Of a stretch of DNA of 35,866 nucleotides, positions 21,899-35,866 are shown in pieces. The position numbers and the translations under genes are program-made. The notes beneath the pieces were generated by a model. It was not told the DNA's origin. It did no database searches and worked only from the letters and a program-made list of their open reading frames with translations. Source of the DNA: Calcarisporiella thermophila CBS 279.70 (taxonomy: Eukaryota > Fungi > Calcarisporiellomycota); NCBI RefSeq assembly GCF_041956535.1, contig NW_027192230.1, positions 1 through 35,866 of the forward strand, given 5' to 3'. Numbering within the stretch: position 1 is the stretch's first letter; every line of letters begins with the position of its first letter.

Positions 21899-22711
21899 TT
21901 AAAAAGGTGTCTCTTGGTCATATTTTGAGCTTCGTTCGAGAGAACTCGTTATCGTCCTACTGGCATAAATAGCAGTTTCATCTGTCAAGCGGTTTAGAAC
22001 TAGCAAATCGCTAGTAAGACGCAGTTGTAATATGAGGTCGGCATAAATTAGGATAACGGTATACTCGACAAAGACATTAGAGACCACTAATCCGTTTAGT
22101 GCTATGGAGAGGCATAACACAGGCACTGCTTCATATATATATTCGCGAAAAAGCCGTCGTATCTTTTGTGTCGAGGAGCTGATGTGCCTATCGTGTTTAC
22201 GGAGGTGAATGTATATTTTCAGCATGAAAAGTGCAGTTAATGAAAAGTCGGTAATGATGTCGAGGACAAAGGTAGAGAGGGTGGATATCGGCTCGAACCT
22301 GTCGAGACAAACGTGGATAGTTGAATTGTAGATTGGTTGCATCATGGCACAATGGGAAGACACTGCGGCAATTTTTAAAGCTACAAGAAAATAGAATCCA
22401 TAGCGTACCAAGGGGTGATGGTTGGTCACAATGTTGCAACGCCAGAAGAGAATCAGATAGTTCAATAGCTTTGCCGAATGAACCATTCCGCATCCGAGTC
22501 CATGCTCTAAAATGCACTCGCTGCTTAATATGGACTCGTTGATCCATATGTTTAGGCTCGCTATCACTGCGAATATGTTAGAGAGCAAATGAGCGACCCC
22601 TGCTCGGGTGCGAATTAGTTTAGGGCGCGCGATAAATATTCTAAGATTGACGAAACATGCAGCGACAACTGAGGCAAGGATGCCAACATAAAGCCGATCA
22701 TACGATACCAT
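21899..22711 (-). CDS. Intronless 7TM (GPCR-like) membrane protein
   Basis: About 7 hydrophobic segments, Cys before TM3 (SSEC) and in a putative ECL2 (HVCL), basic third intracellular loop, Ser/Thr-rich tail; ATG at 22711. Confidence 0.7.
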   Translation of the reverse strand: MVSYDRLYVGILASVVAACFVNLRIFIARPKLIRTRAGVAHLLSNIFAVIASLNIWINESILSSECILEHGLGCGMVHSAKLLNYLILFWRCNIVTNHHPLVRYGFYFLVALKIAAVSSHCAMMQPIYNSTIHVCLDRFEPISTLSTFVLDIITDFSLTALFMLKIYIHLRKHDRHISSSTQKIRRLFREYIYEAVPVLCLSIALNGLVVSNVFVEYTVILIYADLILQLRLTSDLLVLNRLTDETAIYASRTITSSLERSSKYDQETPF

Positions 22712-23941
22712 CCTCCGCAAAATCAAGAGAGCTTTACCCCACTACAGACCGGTATTCAGCAAGAAGTAGTAAAAAGAATTGTAGATATGGTAGTATCACA
22801 AGAGATATACAAGATTGCAACTTTCCAATTGTCAACACACGATGGGTTAACTCCCATTATATAATGAGCATCGGTATGAAAAAGGACGGTAAATTTATTG
22901 ACCGTCCTTTTCATACCGATTTATTTTGCCTCGGGTTGTTTCACCACTCGAGTCATCATGCAAAATATCAAATACAATTGTCCAAGGTTCAAAAGAAACT
23001 TGATTTGGTTAAGCTCGTGAACCAAAACGCCATTTGGTCTGGAATCTTGTGTGTCAATTGATGTTTCTAAATAGACGAGTGATGTTTTAATCTCGTCGTA
23101 TTCTCCAGCCACCCCGCATTGAATATTCAAATGCTATTAATTATTAAAGTTTCTGAAATGACGTCCCAAATAATCAATCATTGATATTATTTAAACAAGT
23201 AAAGAAATTTATTTAAATCACTCGTCAAGAATCTAAAACCTCTAACGTGAGTCGAAACAAAACAAAACGATTCCCCAAGGTTCTCCTGAGCACCACTTAG
23301 GGCATCCTTAACTTGCATATACCATTAAATTGCTAATGGTTAATACATATTTTCGATGAGCAGTGTCTATGTACTCAAATTCCAAGGATGAGTTAGGTTT
23401 CTCCTTCCATTTTGTGTAAAAATGGGGCTATGTCAAAGCTTTCTTTCTCACCCATCTATTAGGTGGTAGCTCTGTGCTCCTATACCAAAAGATAAACGCC
23501 AAACAGTACCTTCGAACGCGACCATAGTTTGCACTTCATTGAATTAAAACTTAAATTGGGTTATTATTAAAGCTTAACTACTTTTTGTATGACACTGTAT
23601 CAATCCCGAAAAAGCTTCCCACTATGCAAGAAACCGTTTATTATAAACTGAATAACGGATGGATACGTCTTTGCTTTCGTTTTATCAACAAAATATGAGA
23701 TAGCCTCTCTTCTTAGCAAGATTTCACACACTTTATCCAAATTGGAGGTCACACAATACAATCAATCCAACAAAGAGGCGTGTTAGTTTCGTATGGAAAG
23801 CCACAAATTTGGATGGCCGTTAATTCAATAGGTTGGCCGCGGCGAAAAAGCCGATAATAAAAGTAATATTTGTTTATTGACCAATCGGTAAAATATATTA
23901 AACATATGAATAAAATAATCTATTGTAACCTCGAGTGAAAT

Positions 23942-25620
23942 CTAATGTTGGCAGCGGCCACATGATTGTGTTGGAATAACAAAACCACGGTTGAAGAGAC
24001 AATCTGGATCGTATTTTTCCTTAATCTGGATTAGTCTCTCAAGATTTCCGCGGAATAGATTTTGAATCGGTTCATCATAAATTGCGAAGTTGGAGTAAAG
24101 AGGCTTGTCCTCATTACCTTGACGCAGAATTGAATCTCCCTTACGCATCCATTCCCGCACCGACTCTGTTTGTGAGACATCAGTCCATCGCGGAACTTGA
24201 AGAATGAAATGATTAGCCTTGCTATGCGGATAGGCCGAATCCGTGTCTTTAATTCCGGCGAACGCGCCAGGGAACACTGGCTCAAAGAGGATCGCGCTTT
24301 TTTCAGTACTTGGCACGGCATTGGTAAAATCAACAAAGTGCTTATATGTGTTTTGGATTAGCTCTGGAGTAAGATGAGGGGAAACTGCAGAAGACAGGTA
24401 TTTGTAATCTCCAGCATTCACCATCTCATCCTGGACGGTGTTACCAGTTGCATAGTCCATCTCGGCGGTGGTATCCACAGTGGAATTGATTGCATAAAAT
24501 TCTTTGAATATCTGCTTCGCTTGCTCTTTTGCCCCATCATACCAGATTAAAATGATCGGAGCAGGCTATTGGGTAAGATAAAGTAGACATTATGAAATAG
24601 ATAATATAGGGGTAATTCAAGAATTGAGGCATACCTCAAAATTTGGAGGGGGTTTTGCAAAAATGAGCATGAGATTGGCTTTAGGATCTTTGTTGTTTTC
24701 AAGCCAATTGTACACTAGCTTGGATAGCTCTTCCACTTGATCCTTGGTGTAGAACAGGAATCCAGTAGTGACCGGACCATCTTGTGGGAAGGTTTTGAGC
24801 TCGAATTTAGTTACAACGCCAAACTGATTTCCTCCTCCACGAATCGCAAAGAACAAATCTGTGTTTTCCCTCTCGCTGGCACGGACAATCTCTCCGCTAG
24901 CAAGCACAACTTCGGCCTCAACAAGAACATCTAGATGTAGTTACATCGTGAAAAATATATATATATCTTAACACCCATCATAATCGTATATTTTTTATCA
25001 TATTTGTTAATATCAAATGAGGCCTTACCGCTTGCGAGGTTGTGCTGACCGGTTTTCCATCCATAACCTCCACCTAGTATGAATCCAGCCACCCCAACAT
25101 TTGATACATGCCCGCCTACTGTAGTACGATTAAATTTTATAAGATATTTATCGACCTCTCCCCAACGTGCCCCTGGTCCAAAGACGACAGTCTTGCTCTT
25201 ATCGTTGTATGTGATATTGTTTAAAAGGCCAAGGTCAATCTGCAGCCCACCATTTAACCCACTATAACCTGGGTTGCAACTGTGGCCTCCAGACTTAATG
25301 ACAAAATCAATATTGTTGTTCTTGACATAACGAAGAACCTGCTGAACACCTTCCGCACTTGTAGGCTGGACTATCAATGTGGGGTTGAGTTGCGAGAGGT
25401 CAGACCAGTATTTATTTGCAGCAGCATACTCCTTTGTATCCTGGCGAAGGATTTTTGAGCTGCTGGAAAGCACCTTCTGGATATCCAACTGCATTGCGTG
25501 TTGAACTTGACTGATGAGGCAATTGGATGACAACTGCTGAGATTGTCTTTGCGCAAAACCCATAGATCCAAAAAGTAATGCACATGAAATGACGGTGAAG
25601 ACTATACCTCTTGATATCAT
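23942..25620 (-). CDS. Secreted FAD-binding (FAD_binding_4/BBE-like) oxidoreductase; 3 exons (introns 24931-25028, 24566-24634)
   Basis: Signal peptide; KSGGHS (His for covalent FAD), GPGARW, VGVAGFILGGG, DLFFAIRGGGNQFGVVT; C-terminal BBE motif YSNF...NLERLIQIKEKYDP. Both introns are GT-AG and keep frame. Confidence 0.93.
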
Positions 25621-26626
25621 AGTTTTAGTGTAATTTTTAACGGTGCTAATGTAATCAGAGAGACACGGTTGAGGGGTGGGAATGAAGCCGTGCTAAATAA
25701 GTTCAATAAACGAATTCCTATTTTGGTATTGTAATACGAACTGCATCTGAACAAGCATTTCGCGGTCTCGTGCTTGGACCTAATTTTAGGTTTTTTTTTT
25801 TGTGACCTGGATATTTAATATTTGGAGTGGATAAACAGACATCTGGGTCTTGATGACCATAGTGGCAGATACGATCAATCCATTATTCGCAAATTTTTAT
25901 ATAGAGGAGAAAACATGAAACACGGCGCCTTGGCTGTATTGCTTCTTGTTATCATTTCGTCTGAATATAAAATCAGTAATCAGTTTCAAACCCCCATAAG
26001 CTAAACTTAATCTAAACCTTGCTATTACGAGCTTCTCCTGGTAGCGGATGAGGTTGCTCCGGTATTTTAGAAAAACCAATTTAGTGAGAGAATAGAAGTG
26101 TACAGATATAGCAATGCAACTCGTAGAACTTAAAAGACAAATTAGCAATTGAAATATTGGACCAACTTAAACTTAGAAATATAGCTTATATCTTGGAAAA
26201 AAGGATAACTTGACCAAATATGGCTCTCGATATCCTCGGTCTGGATCATCTCCGCACACTGCTATCTGAACAACAATAAAAATTTTCCCGGGCTAAGATG
26301 GTGATACCTGTAGAACAGTAGTGATAATTGCACAAACCAATCGCTTATCCGGAGTATTGCATATTGACTTGTGGGAATGTGATAAGGGACACTTCGAATT
26401 ACACTTCATTCAACCTTAAACATGAAACTAAACAATCTAGGTCAAAGCGCTTGATCTCACGTACTTGTCTAGTTAAGTAACGTTTCACGAACATCTGCAA
26501 CTCCTACTTAATATTCAATAAACAGATATGTATTCATCTGGACACAAGAGTCTGGATATTTACATATATCACTTAACTTCCACTCTCTTTTTTTTCTTTT
26601 CTATTATTTTATTTAGGCTTGTTAAA

Positions 26627-27842
26627 ATGGACCAGAAAACCATTGATCCGGAATTGTGGAGGATTGCTCACAATGAAAAATTGGCAGTATTTATCATCGG
26701 TCAGTATCCCTTTAGGAAGATTCATGAGACCAAACTAGTTATGACGGGACCGAGAAGAAATGGATTTATATCTAGAAACTCAAACTATTATTTTTATTTG
26801 TGTGAGCAGGGATGATCTTCTCTGTGTTTTTGCTCAACATATATCTCTCCATAACCATGTTGCGTAAATTCAATCAAATGATATACTGGCTTTGTCTTCT
26901 CTGCAACTTGATGGGCCCAATCCGTCTCCTTGGATTTTTAGTCCCTTATCTCGGGCCGCAGGGCGGAAATTGCAGCTATGTTTGCTATCTAACGAATGTT
27001 CCACATGAAATATCTCTAGATGCTATCACCGGTATCCTGTAAGCTCTCTCGAATCCCATATTCTACAACTTGATTAAACACCAACCCCTTTCTAGGATGA
27101 TCAAAGCATATGCATCCTATAACCGCAAAATCTTCATACCTATCATCACTGGGCTCTTAATGGCTGGCTCTATTGTCGTGCATTTCCTTCATAATGCTCA
27201 GGCAGTGTATTTCAAAAGCCCATTTGGTGGATGCTCGAACATTCCTAATCTTCCCCTTGTCATGATGTGGTTCGGATTTGTATGGGCACAGAATGCTTTT
27301 CTCAACATAATGTTTTGCATTAAGATATTCTTCGTCAGAAAAAATGCAATCTATCGCAGTCTCATCCGCGACGGGATGCTATACCTTCTATTACTCACTT
27401 TATCGAACATAATTACTCCAGTGCTGATCTACTACCAAGCATTGGGAGACGAGTCAACAATTCTATTCGATATTGATCGTAAGCACTTTTATTATAAAAT
27501 TACCCTTCAAGGATCAAGTCAGCTCACAAGTTCTTAACTGCTTTATTTAAACAAATAGTTATATTGGCGTGTTTATTAATCACACTACATCTCTGGAACT
27601 GTGCAAGTATGCGTTCAGGAGGCTCTGGGTCCCATAACACTAGCAGCTATCCACAATTATCACTTAATATAAATAACTCCCATTCAGCATCTCATAGGCC
27701 TCCCCATCCTGAACTTTTATCTGGCCATTGTCGTACAGTTCTCTCAGGCACCAAAAAAGACGATTTAGATTTTGATAATGATATGGAACTATATGACGTT
27801 TCATACCAAGATAAAACAAAATCAAATCTAGTGGGACCGTGA
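26627..27842 (+). CDS. 7TM (GPCR-like) membrane protein; 4 exons (introns 26700-26809, 27039-27095, 27479-27558)
   Basis: Canonical introns join four ORF pieces in frame; ~7 hydrophobic helices; Cys before TM3 (GNC) and in ECL2 (GGC); SLIRDG before TM6; Ser-rich cytoplasmic tail. Confidence 0.75.
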
Positions 27843-28546
27843 AATTGATTTTCTTTCTCGGAGATTAGAACACCTTTCATGGTCCTTACAACCTCAGAAA
27901 TAATGAGTTATATATTGATTTTTAGACAGCTTCATTTCTTCTTGATTATTTTTTTCATAATTTTGATTATTCGCATATATATTTATTTATTTATTACTGT
28001 AATTGTTTATTTTTTCATTGAAATTACTTGCAACTATAGATAATTTTTGATACAAAATCTATTGAATATCACCTCTTCAATACCATCGGCTGAGTGCGTG
28101 TAAGATAATTTTTCCAGCCATTTTTTACATAACTCAACAATTGTAGGGTTCTAGTAAATAGTGTCCATTTAGAGTCTCGTATATTGACATACAAATGACA
28201 ACACACATATTCGTATAACTTTATGAATATTACTATCTTCATTTCTAATTTAATTTTGTCGGGATAAAACTGTTATTTTCTCTTAGAAAATTATAATATT
28301 TTTGAACATTATAGACCTACTTAAGTCAAGAAATCTTTATACTTTTGCCCAATATACTAAACTTGACTATATTTTACGACGTTATATCCATATTTGGAAA
28401 GTTATATTATATTGCAATAGCAATCAAGTGTACAAGTAGGGAAAAATGTGACAGCGTGTTTTAACAATTTTCCTTTGAATGCTCATATCTCCTGAATGGA
28501 TGGAATATTAGAACAGCGGCTTTGTTATTAAACACTGTTGGATCTA

Positions 28547-29663
28547 CACTATGTGCTGTTCCAACCGCTACCCCGGTTATAAATGCATTTTCTAAAATAC
28601 CATGGGTATTAATATAGATGCTCCGGAAAAATGGCCTTCATGATAAAATTGAAGACATATTTATTATCGTTATTTCACAAAAATATTTTAATACTTCGTA
28701 TATCCTCCTCTAGCTTTATAAACAGCTCGGAATCTCCTCAACATACTCTCGTATAGGTTATCAATATAAATCTTTTCTATATTCTCCCACGTGTATTTGA
28801 TTCGTTCCCAGAGCTCTTCCCTATCCTTTGGCCGAGTAGGATAATCTTGAAGCCTCCTCTTCAAGAGGCCCCACGCGTTTTCTATGGGATTCAAATCTGG
28901 TGATTGAGCAGGCCATTCTAAGACCCTTATATTGCGATCTCGCAGTCACGCTTGAGTTGACTTGGTGATGTGAGGGGGGGCGTTATCAAGTTGGAATACG
29001 ATCTTGTCCTTGTCTATCCCGTACCGTTCGAGTGTTCCAAGAAAACCCTCATCTAAAATGATCTGATACATCCTAGCATTTATTCCGCCTTTCACGCGAA
29101 GTAGAAGTCCAACTCCTTGCGAAGTAATGCAGCCCCATACCATGATTGCCTCTTTTCCCTGTTTCGTGGTAGGAATGATATTGCACTCACGCAGAGGCTG
29201 TCCCTTCTTTACGTATGTGTATTCCTTCCCGTGGTCTGTAAAAAGGGTACAATGGTTTCATCCGAGGATATTATGGTTTCAATGGTCTGAAAATCCCATC
29301 TAACAAGTTGAGCTGTGAATTTGAATCGAGTTTTAAAATGGCGCGGGAGCAGCAAAAGCTTCCTAGGCTTTGATTGAGGCTTTACTTCGTGATGTCTGAG
29401 CATCATTTTTACAGTTTTGTTTGTTACGCTCTTATTGAGCTCTTCTTTGATAACTTGCTGCAAGTCGGCAAGCTTAGAACACTCTCCGGTTGACGCCTCC
29501 TTAGCGATATATTTCTCATCTGATTCACATAGACTACGTGGACGACCATATTTTGGCTTCATAGGAGGATATTTCGGGGTGTTCCATTCCTTGATGATCT
29601 TTCTGGCAGTTTCACGGCTTATTCCTATTCGTGCTGCAACCTTACGTGTGGACTCTCCCTTTC
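28547..29663 (-). mobile_element. Tc1/mariner (DD34E) DNA transposon, inactive; 5' end lies in the assembly gap
   Basis: HTH (STRKVAARIGIS), GRPR, SDE, MVWGC, DNAPPH, WPAQSPDLNPIEN with 34 residues between D and E, GGYTKY*. Frameshift near 29240 and in-frame TGA at 28946-28948. Probable terminus TA|CACTATGTGC at 28545-28556. Confidence 0.92.
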
Positions 29664-30312
29664 NNNNNNNNNNNNNNNNNNNNNNNNNNNNNNNNNNNNN
29701 NNNNNNNNNNNNNNNNNNNNNNNNNNNNNNNNNNNNNNNNNNNNNNNNNNNNNNNNNNNNNNNNNNNNNNNNNNNNNNNNNNNNNNNNNNNNNNNNNNNN
29801 NNNNNNNNNNNNNNNNNNNNNNNNNNNNNNNNNNNNNNNNNNNNNNNNNNNNNNNNNNNNNNNNNNNNNNNNNNNNNNNNNNNNNNNNNNNNNNNNNNNN
29901 NNNNNNNNNNNNNNNNNNNNNNNNNNNNNNNNNNNNNNNNNNNNNNNNNNNNNNNNNNNNNNNNNNNNNNNNNNNNNNNNNNNNNNNNNNNNNNNNNNNN
30001 NNNNNNNNNNNNNNNNNNNNNNNNNNNNNNNNNNNNNNNNNNNNNNNNNNNNNNNNNNNNNNNNNNNNNNNNNNNNNNNNNNNNNNNNNNNNNNNNNNNN
30101 NNNNNNNNNNNNNNNNNNNNNNNNNNNNNNNNNNNNNNNNNNNNNNNNNNNNNNNNNNNNNNNNNNNNNNNNNNNNNNNNNNNNNNNNNNNNNNNNNNNN
30201 NNNNNNNNNNNNNNNNNNNNNNNNNNNNNNNNNNNNNNNNNNNNNNNNNNNNNNNNNNNNNNNNNNNNNNNNNNNNNNNNNNNNNNNNNNNNNNNNNNNN
30301 NNNNNNNNNNNN
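29664..30312. other. Assembly gap (N run)
   Basis: 649 consecutive N. Confidence 1.
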
Positions 30313-30383
30313 CATTGATTTTTCTGCTTTTATTATTAATACTTAGATCATATCATAATTTTTTTAAGAATTCACATAAAAAA

Positions 30384-32208
30384 TCAGTGTTGCACAATGT
30401 ATTCGAGCATTGTCAAAACGGCTTTAAGAAGGCTTTCACCGGAAGGGATAATTTTTGAGGGAGGAAGGACAAAGCTGTTTCCTTCAAGTTCAATAAGAAA
30501 TGCGTATGGTACTTTTCCGGCTATTCGTGAATGGATTTATCAATTTACTACCTGCAGCTTCTATGTTGGATTACATTAAAAATTAGATTGCACTTACGGC
30601 CAGTTGCCCAATCAATTGACATTCCAATCCCTTTACTTCCCGCGCTGCACATTTTAGTAGGCTTAAAGGGTGCAACATCAATTGCTTTAGCAGTTTGTTT
30701 AGCGCATTCCTCTAATTTTTTTGCGGTTGGTGTGTTCTAAAATAACTCCTTTTAGTGCAAGTTTGCTAAATACGGGCATCTACACTTACTCCATTACATC
30801 CTGGGCCAAATGTATACATCACTATATGTAAAGATATATAATATTTATCTGATAAATTAGATATATATCATACAATCTTCGGCTACTCACCCAGTTGGCC
30901 ATATGAATGGAAATCGATATAAGCGGTAGCATTTTTCTCTTTGATGAAATTTGCAATATTTTTTGTTTCGGGTGCTGAGAAAGGCTTGGATCCAAAGTAA
31001 GCTAAAAAAAGAGAGTCTTAACAAATGAAACTGTAAATACGTATTATACTAAAATACCTACTTTCGTCACATGGGTTATTAGAAGCTCCTCCCCACCCTG
31101 CATCCTAATTTATAATGAAAGTGCAATAGAAATTGTTAACTGTTTATTCTTTAAACTATATACGCATCCTTACCCAATTACGGTTGTTATCGGTACCAAC
31201 ACAATTTGAACCAGTGTTAGGTTGTCGGTTCTTTCTCCACTATAAATAAATAATAATCTACAATAAACCTATTTTAGCTAAAAGCATTATAATTTTACCA
31301 TACGCTCTTTTGTAAAAGTGTAATGGTATCCATCTGCATTCAAAACTGGGATTGCATATATATCAAATAAATCTACAACCTTAGTAATGCGATCATCTTT
31401 TCCGTACAATCCCGCCAGTGCATTCAAGATATAAGTGGCTGTGGCCTAAAAAGCGCGTCATTAGTTTGTATATGTAAATACTTACCTTTTCTTGGTAAAT
31501 CATATCTTACCGGAGATATCCATTCTCGGGCGTGTTGTCCACCATGATATACAAACCTATATTTGGGATTCTTGCCTTTGATTCTTAAACCGGTTTGATC
31601 CCTACCCTCATAAGTTTTTCCAATACTAAACACTTCGGTGTGATTGGGGTAATCTTGGTTGAGTTTCTTAACCAGCTGCGTAAGCTCCTCGTAAGTGCGA
31701 TATTTTTTGAAAAATTCGAGGTTTGGTGGATTAGCGCTTAATTGCGTGGTAAATTTACCACTCTCCTTCACCATTTGTGATTCTGTAATTGCCTGTTGCA
31801 AGTCTTCAATCTTGACGGAGATTGGGGATTGGATCTCACTTTGCACACCAGTGATGAACTCAGATGGAACGCGTACATCGACTTTTCCAATTTGAGGCAC
31901 AGTCCATTCATCGAGATGATATTTCTTTAATATTTTTTTGTAATATTATATATGTGACTTGGTTTTAGTACCTAATTCTAACTGCTCTTTTTGTTTACCT
32001 TAATAACATTTTGCAATTGCTTTAGCTCGCCTTCATTACGCACGTTGATCGTGAAGACCTGATGGCCTTTATACGTGATGGGCCTAATTGGATTTGTGTA
32101 CTTTTTTACTACTTTACTAATTTGCTGTTGGGTCAATGCTTGTGCAGCCACAGCAGTAGCGCCCATCATTAATATTAATGTGTAAACAAAAAATTGATTG
32201 GCCTTCAT
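30384..32208 (-). CDS. Secreted M14A zinc carboxypeptidase (CPA-like) with propeptide; ~9 exons
   Basis: Signal peptide and propeptide; GGQHAREWISP, PVLNADGY, WRKNR, DNNRNW, DFHSYGQL, SIDW, AFLIEL. The last exon ends ...EYIVQH* (TGA at 30384-30386). Exons joined by GT-AG introns. Confidence 0.93.
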
Positions 32209-33487
32209 ATTTTTTGAATAATAGTTATTAAATTTTCAAACAGATGTTTGATACGATATACTTTGCTAATAGAAAATATAAATTAAATCATCGCTGGAAA
32301 TAAAAAATGAAAAGGTATATATATCACGATACTAAAAACATGCGCATAAATTGTATTACTCTAATAAGAATTTCATTAAATGTCTTTACTCTCCCCAGAT
32401 ATAATCCAGATATTATATTTAAAGTTTTCTAGTCGCTTTTGTCTATGGTTAAGTAATCAATCTGAACATGATGTTAAAATTACTAAATAAAATTCATTGA
32501 AAAATCTCATTAAACAGATTTTAGGTAGATCATTACCATTCATTTTGCTCAAAATTATTAACTTTGATGAAATCCTAGAATAATTTTCCGAGAAAAAAAA
32601 AGTGGTAGCACCGAATAAAAATATAGTAACACAGAGCGACATCCGAACGTCAGAATATTTTTCAAAATCTCAGAATTTATTAATAATATATCCCCAACAT
32701 TACAACAGAATTAGTCGTCTCTGTTTTATCTGACTGCCTTCGTTGATTTTCTATTTTTACAACAGACTAATGATACATTTATTTTAAATAGTTGCACACT
32801 ACTATTATTAAGTATTAAACATTTTTGATAACATAGCTAATCTAATGCATTTTTATTAAATCATTCAGATATATAGTTTCTCCACAATAGAGTATTTTTG
32901 GCCTAAAATATTCAAATTTGCGTAAATAAAATTATCACATCATCATATGCTGCATGTATATGTATAAATAGACTAATATATTTGTATAAAATTTATATAG
33001 CGATGCTTATGATGTAAATCTTTCGGTAATTATTTCATTCTGTTTTATATAATCCTGAGTAGATCAAAGTTAATTCCAAATCATTCATCAAAATTGGGTA
33101 ATCACTGGAACGAATTATTTTTAATAATATTCCATATGAACGCCCAATCTGATCCAACAATTTCTCTCGACCAGTTTGAACCATATCATTTTTGAAGACT
33201 TCCCCCTATCTACAGAATGCTAAAACGACATCATTATTAATAATCAATTTTTCAAATTTTGTGAAGTAAGCCGATAGATATTTCTGCTTAAGTGTTTGTA
33301 TTGTTTAAAAATCATTTTGTTATCAATATCTTAATTAACTAAATTTATACGGAACACATCATTCATTTCAAAAGTTACAAAATATAATACTGTAAAAATA
33401 TACTAATATTAATATACGAATTTCAACTCCCCAAATGCTAGATAGTTTCGTCTGGAGAGCATCCAAATATATTGAGGAAAAGGTTGC

Positions 33488-35217
<1,730 letters not shown>

Positions 35218-35866
35218 TTCTTAATTAATAAAATGAAATAAAAGAATCAATAATTAAGCAAAGTATTGGAAATATGAGTATTTATATAATTTTTTTCAAG
35301 TATTTAAAATATTATATCGATCATTTGTATAGAAACAGGCAAAATATGTATTTTCCCAGAAAATAAGCTAGCTTCAACAGATCTTCGATTAAAATCTCTA
35401 AACATGAAAGATATTTCGAACTTTATTAGCAAATTTTTGACTTAGTTTATGTTATATTATCATGAGTTTTGTTACAATTGCATAATGAATCAATTTAATT
35501 GAGGTAATTGAAGTGATAATTAAATAACGATTTTTAAAACTAAAGATGATAGAAAATATACAGCTTTGATAAGCAAATTTAATTTCTCAACCAATATCTA
35601 TCTTTTATTTTGAAGGATAGTTATGTTTGTTATTTTAATTATATTCATCTAAATATGTAGATGAACCACATTTCTAAAGACGGAGCTAATTGTATTTGAA
35701 ATGACACACTGAGAAACTCTGAATTTTGGCCAAAGAGAAAGAAATAAAAAAAAACAATGTCGTTTGCTATTCCTATTAAAAATTATATAATCATCATATG
35801 CGCATAAGAAAATCTGAACTTTATACAAAACTTATAAAATTACTTTTTTTTATTAGCACACATTTT

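Noticed and set aside
29209-30458. Long ORFs spanning the N run
   Set aside because: Artefacts of translating through the assembly gap.

Overview
Eukaryotic, almost certainly fungal, genomic DNA: AT-rich intergenic sequence with short GT-AG introns. The two GPCR-like 7TM genes suggest an early-diverging lineage, but this is inference. Left to right: (1) the 3' part of a cytochrome P450 pseudogene interrupted by two different solo LTRs, each with a 5-bp target-site duplication; (2) a DHA2-type MFS transporter; (3) a MITE-like inverted-repeat element; (4) a secreted DUF4360 protein; (5) a YfcG/Ure2p-like glutathione S-transferase; (6) a tandem array of four intronless paralogues encoding secreted, bacterial-looking, Trp/Gly-rich six-bladed (AB)x3 beta-propeller (lectin-like) proteins, the third truncated next to a 5'-truncated LINE; (7) a SIRT6/7-like sirtuin pseudogene that the ORF track mostly misses; (8) two 7TM receptor-like genes flanking a secreted BBE-like FAD oxidoreductase; (9) a dead Tc1 (DD34E) transposon running into an assembly gap (29664-30312); (10) an M14 carboxypeptidase and a proteinase K-like S8 subtilisin, each with about 9 exons. 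The most interesting item is the propeller array, a candidate horizontally acquired, diversifying secreted lectin/recognition family.
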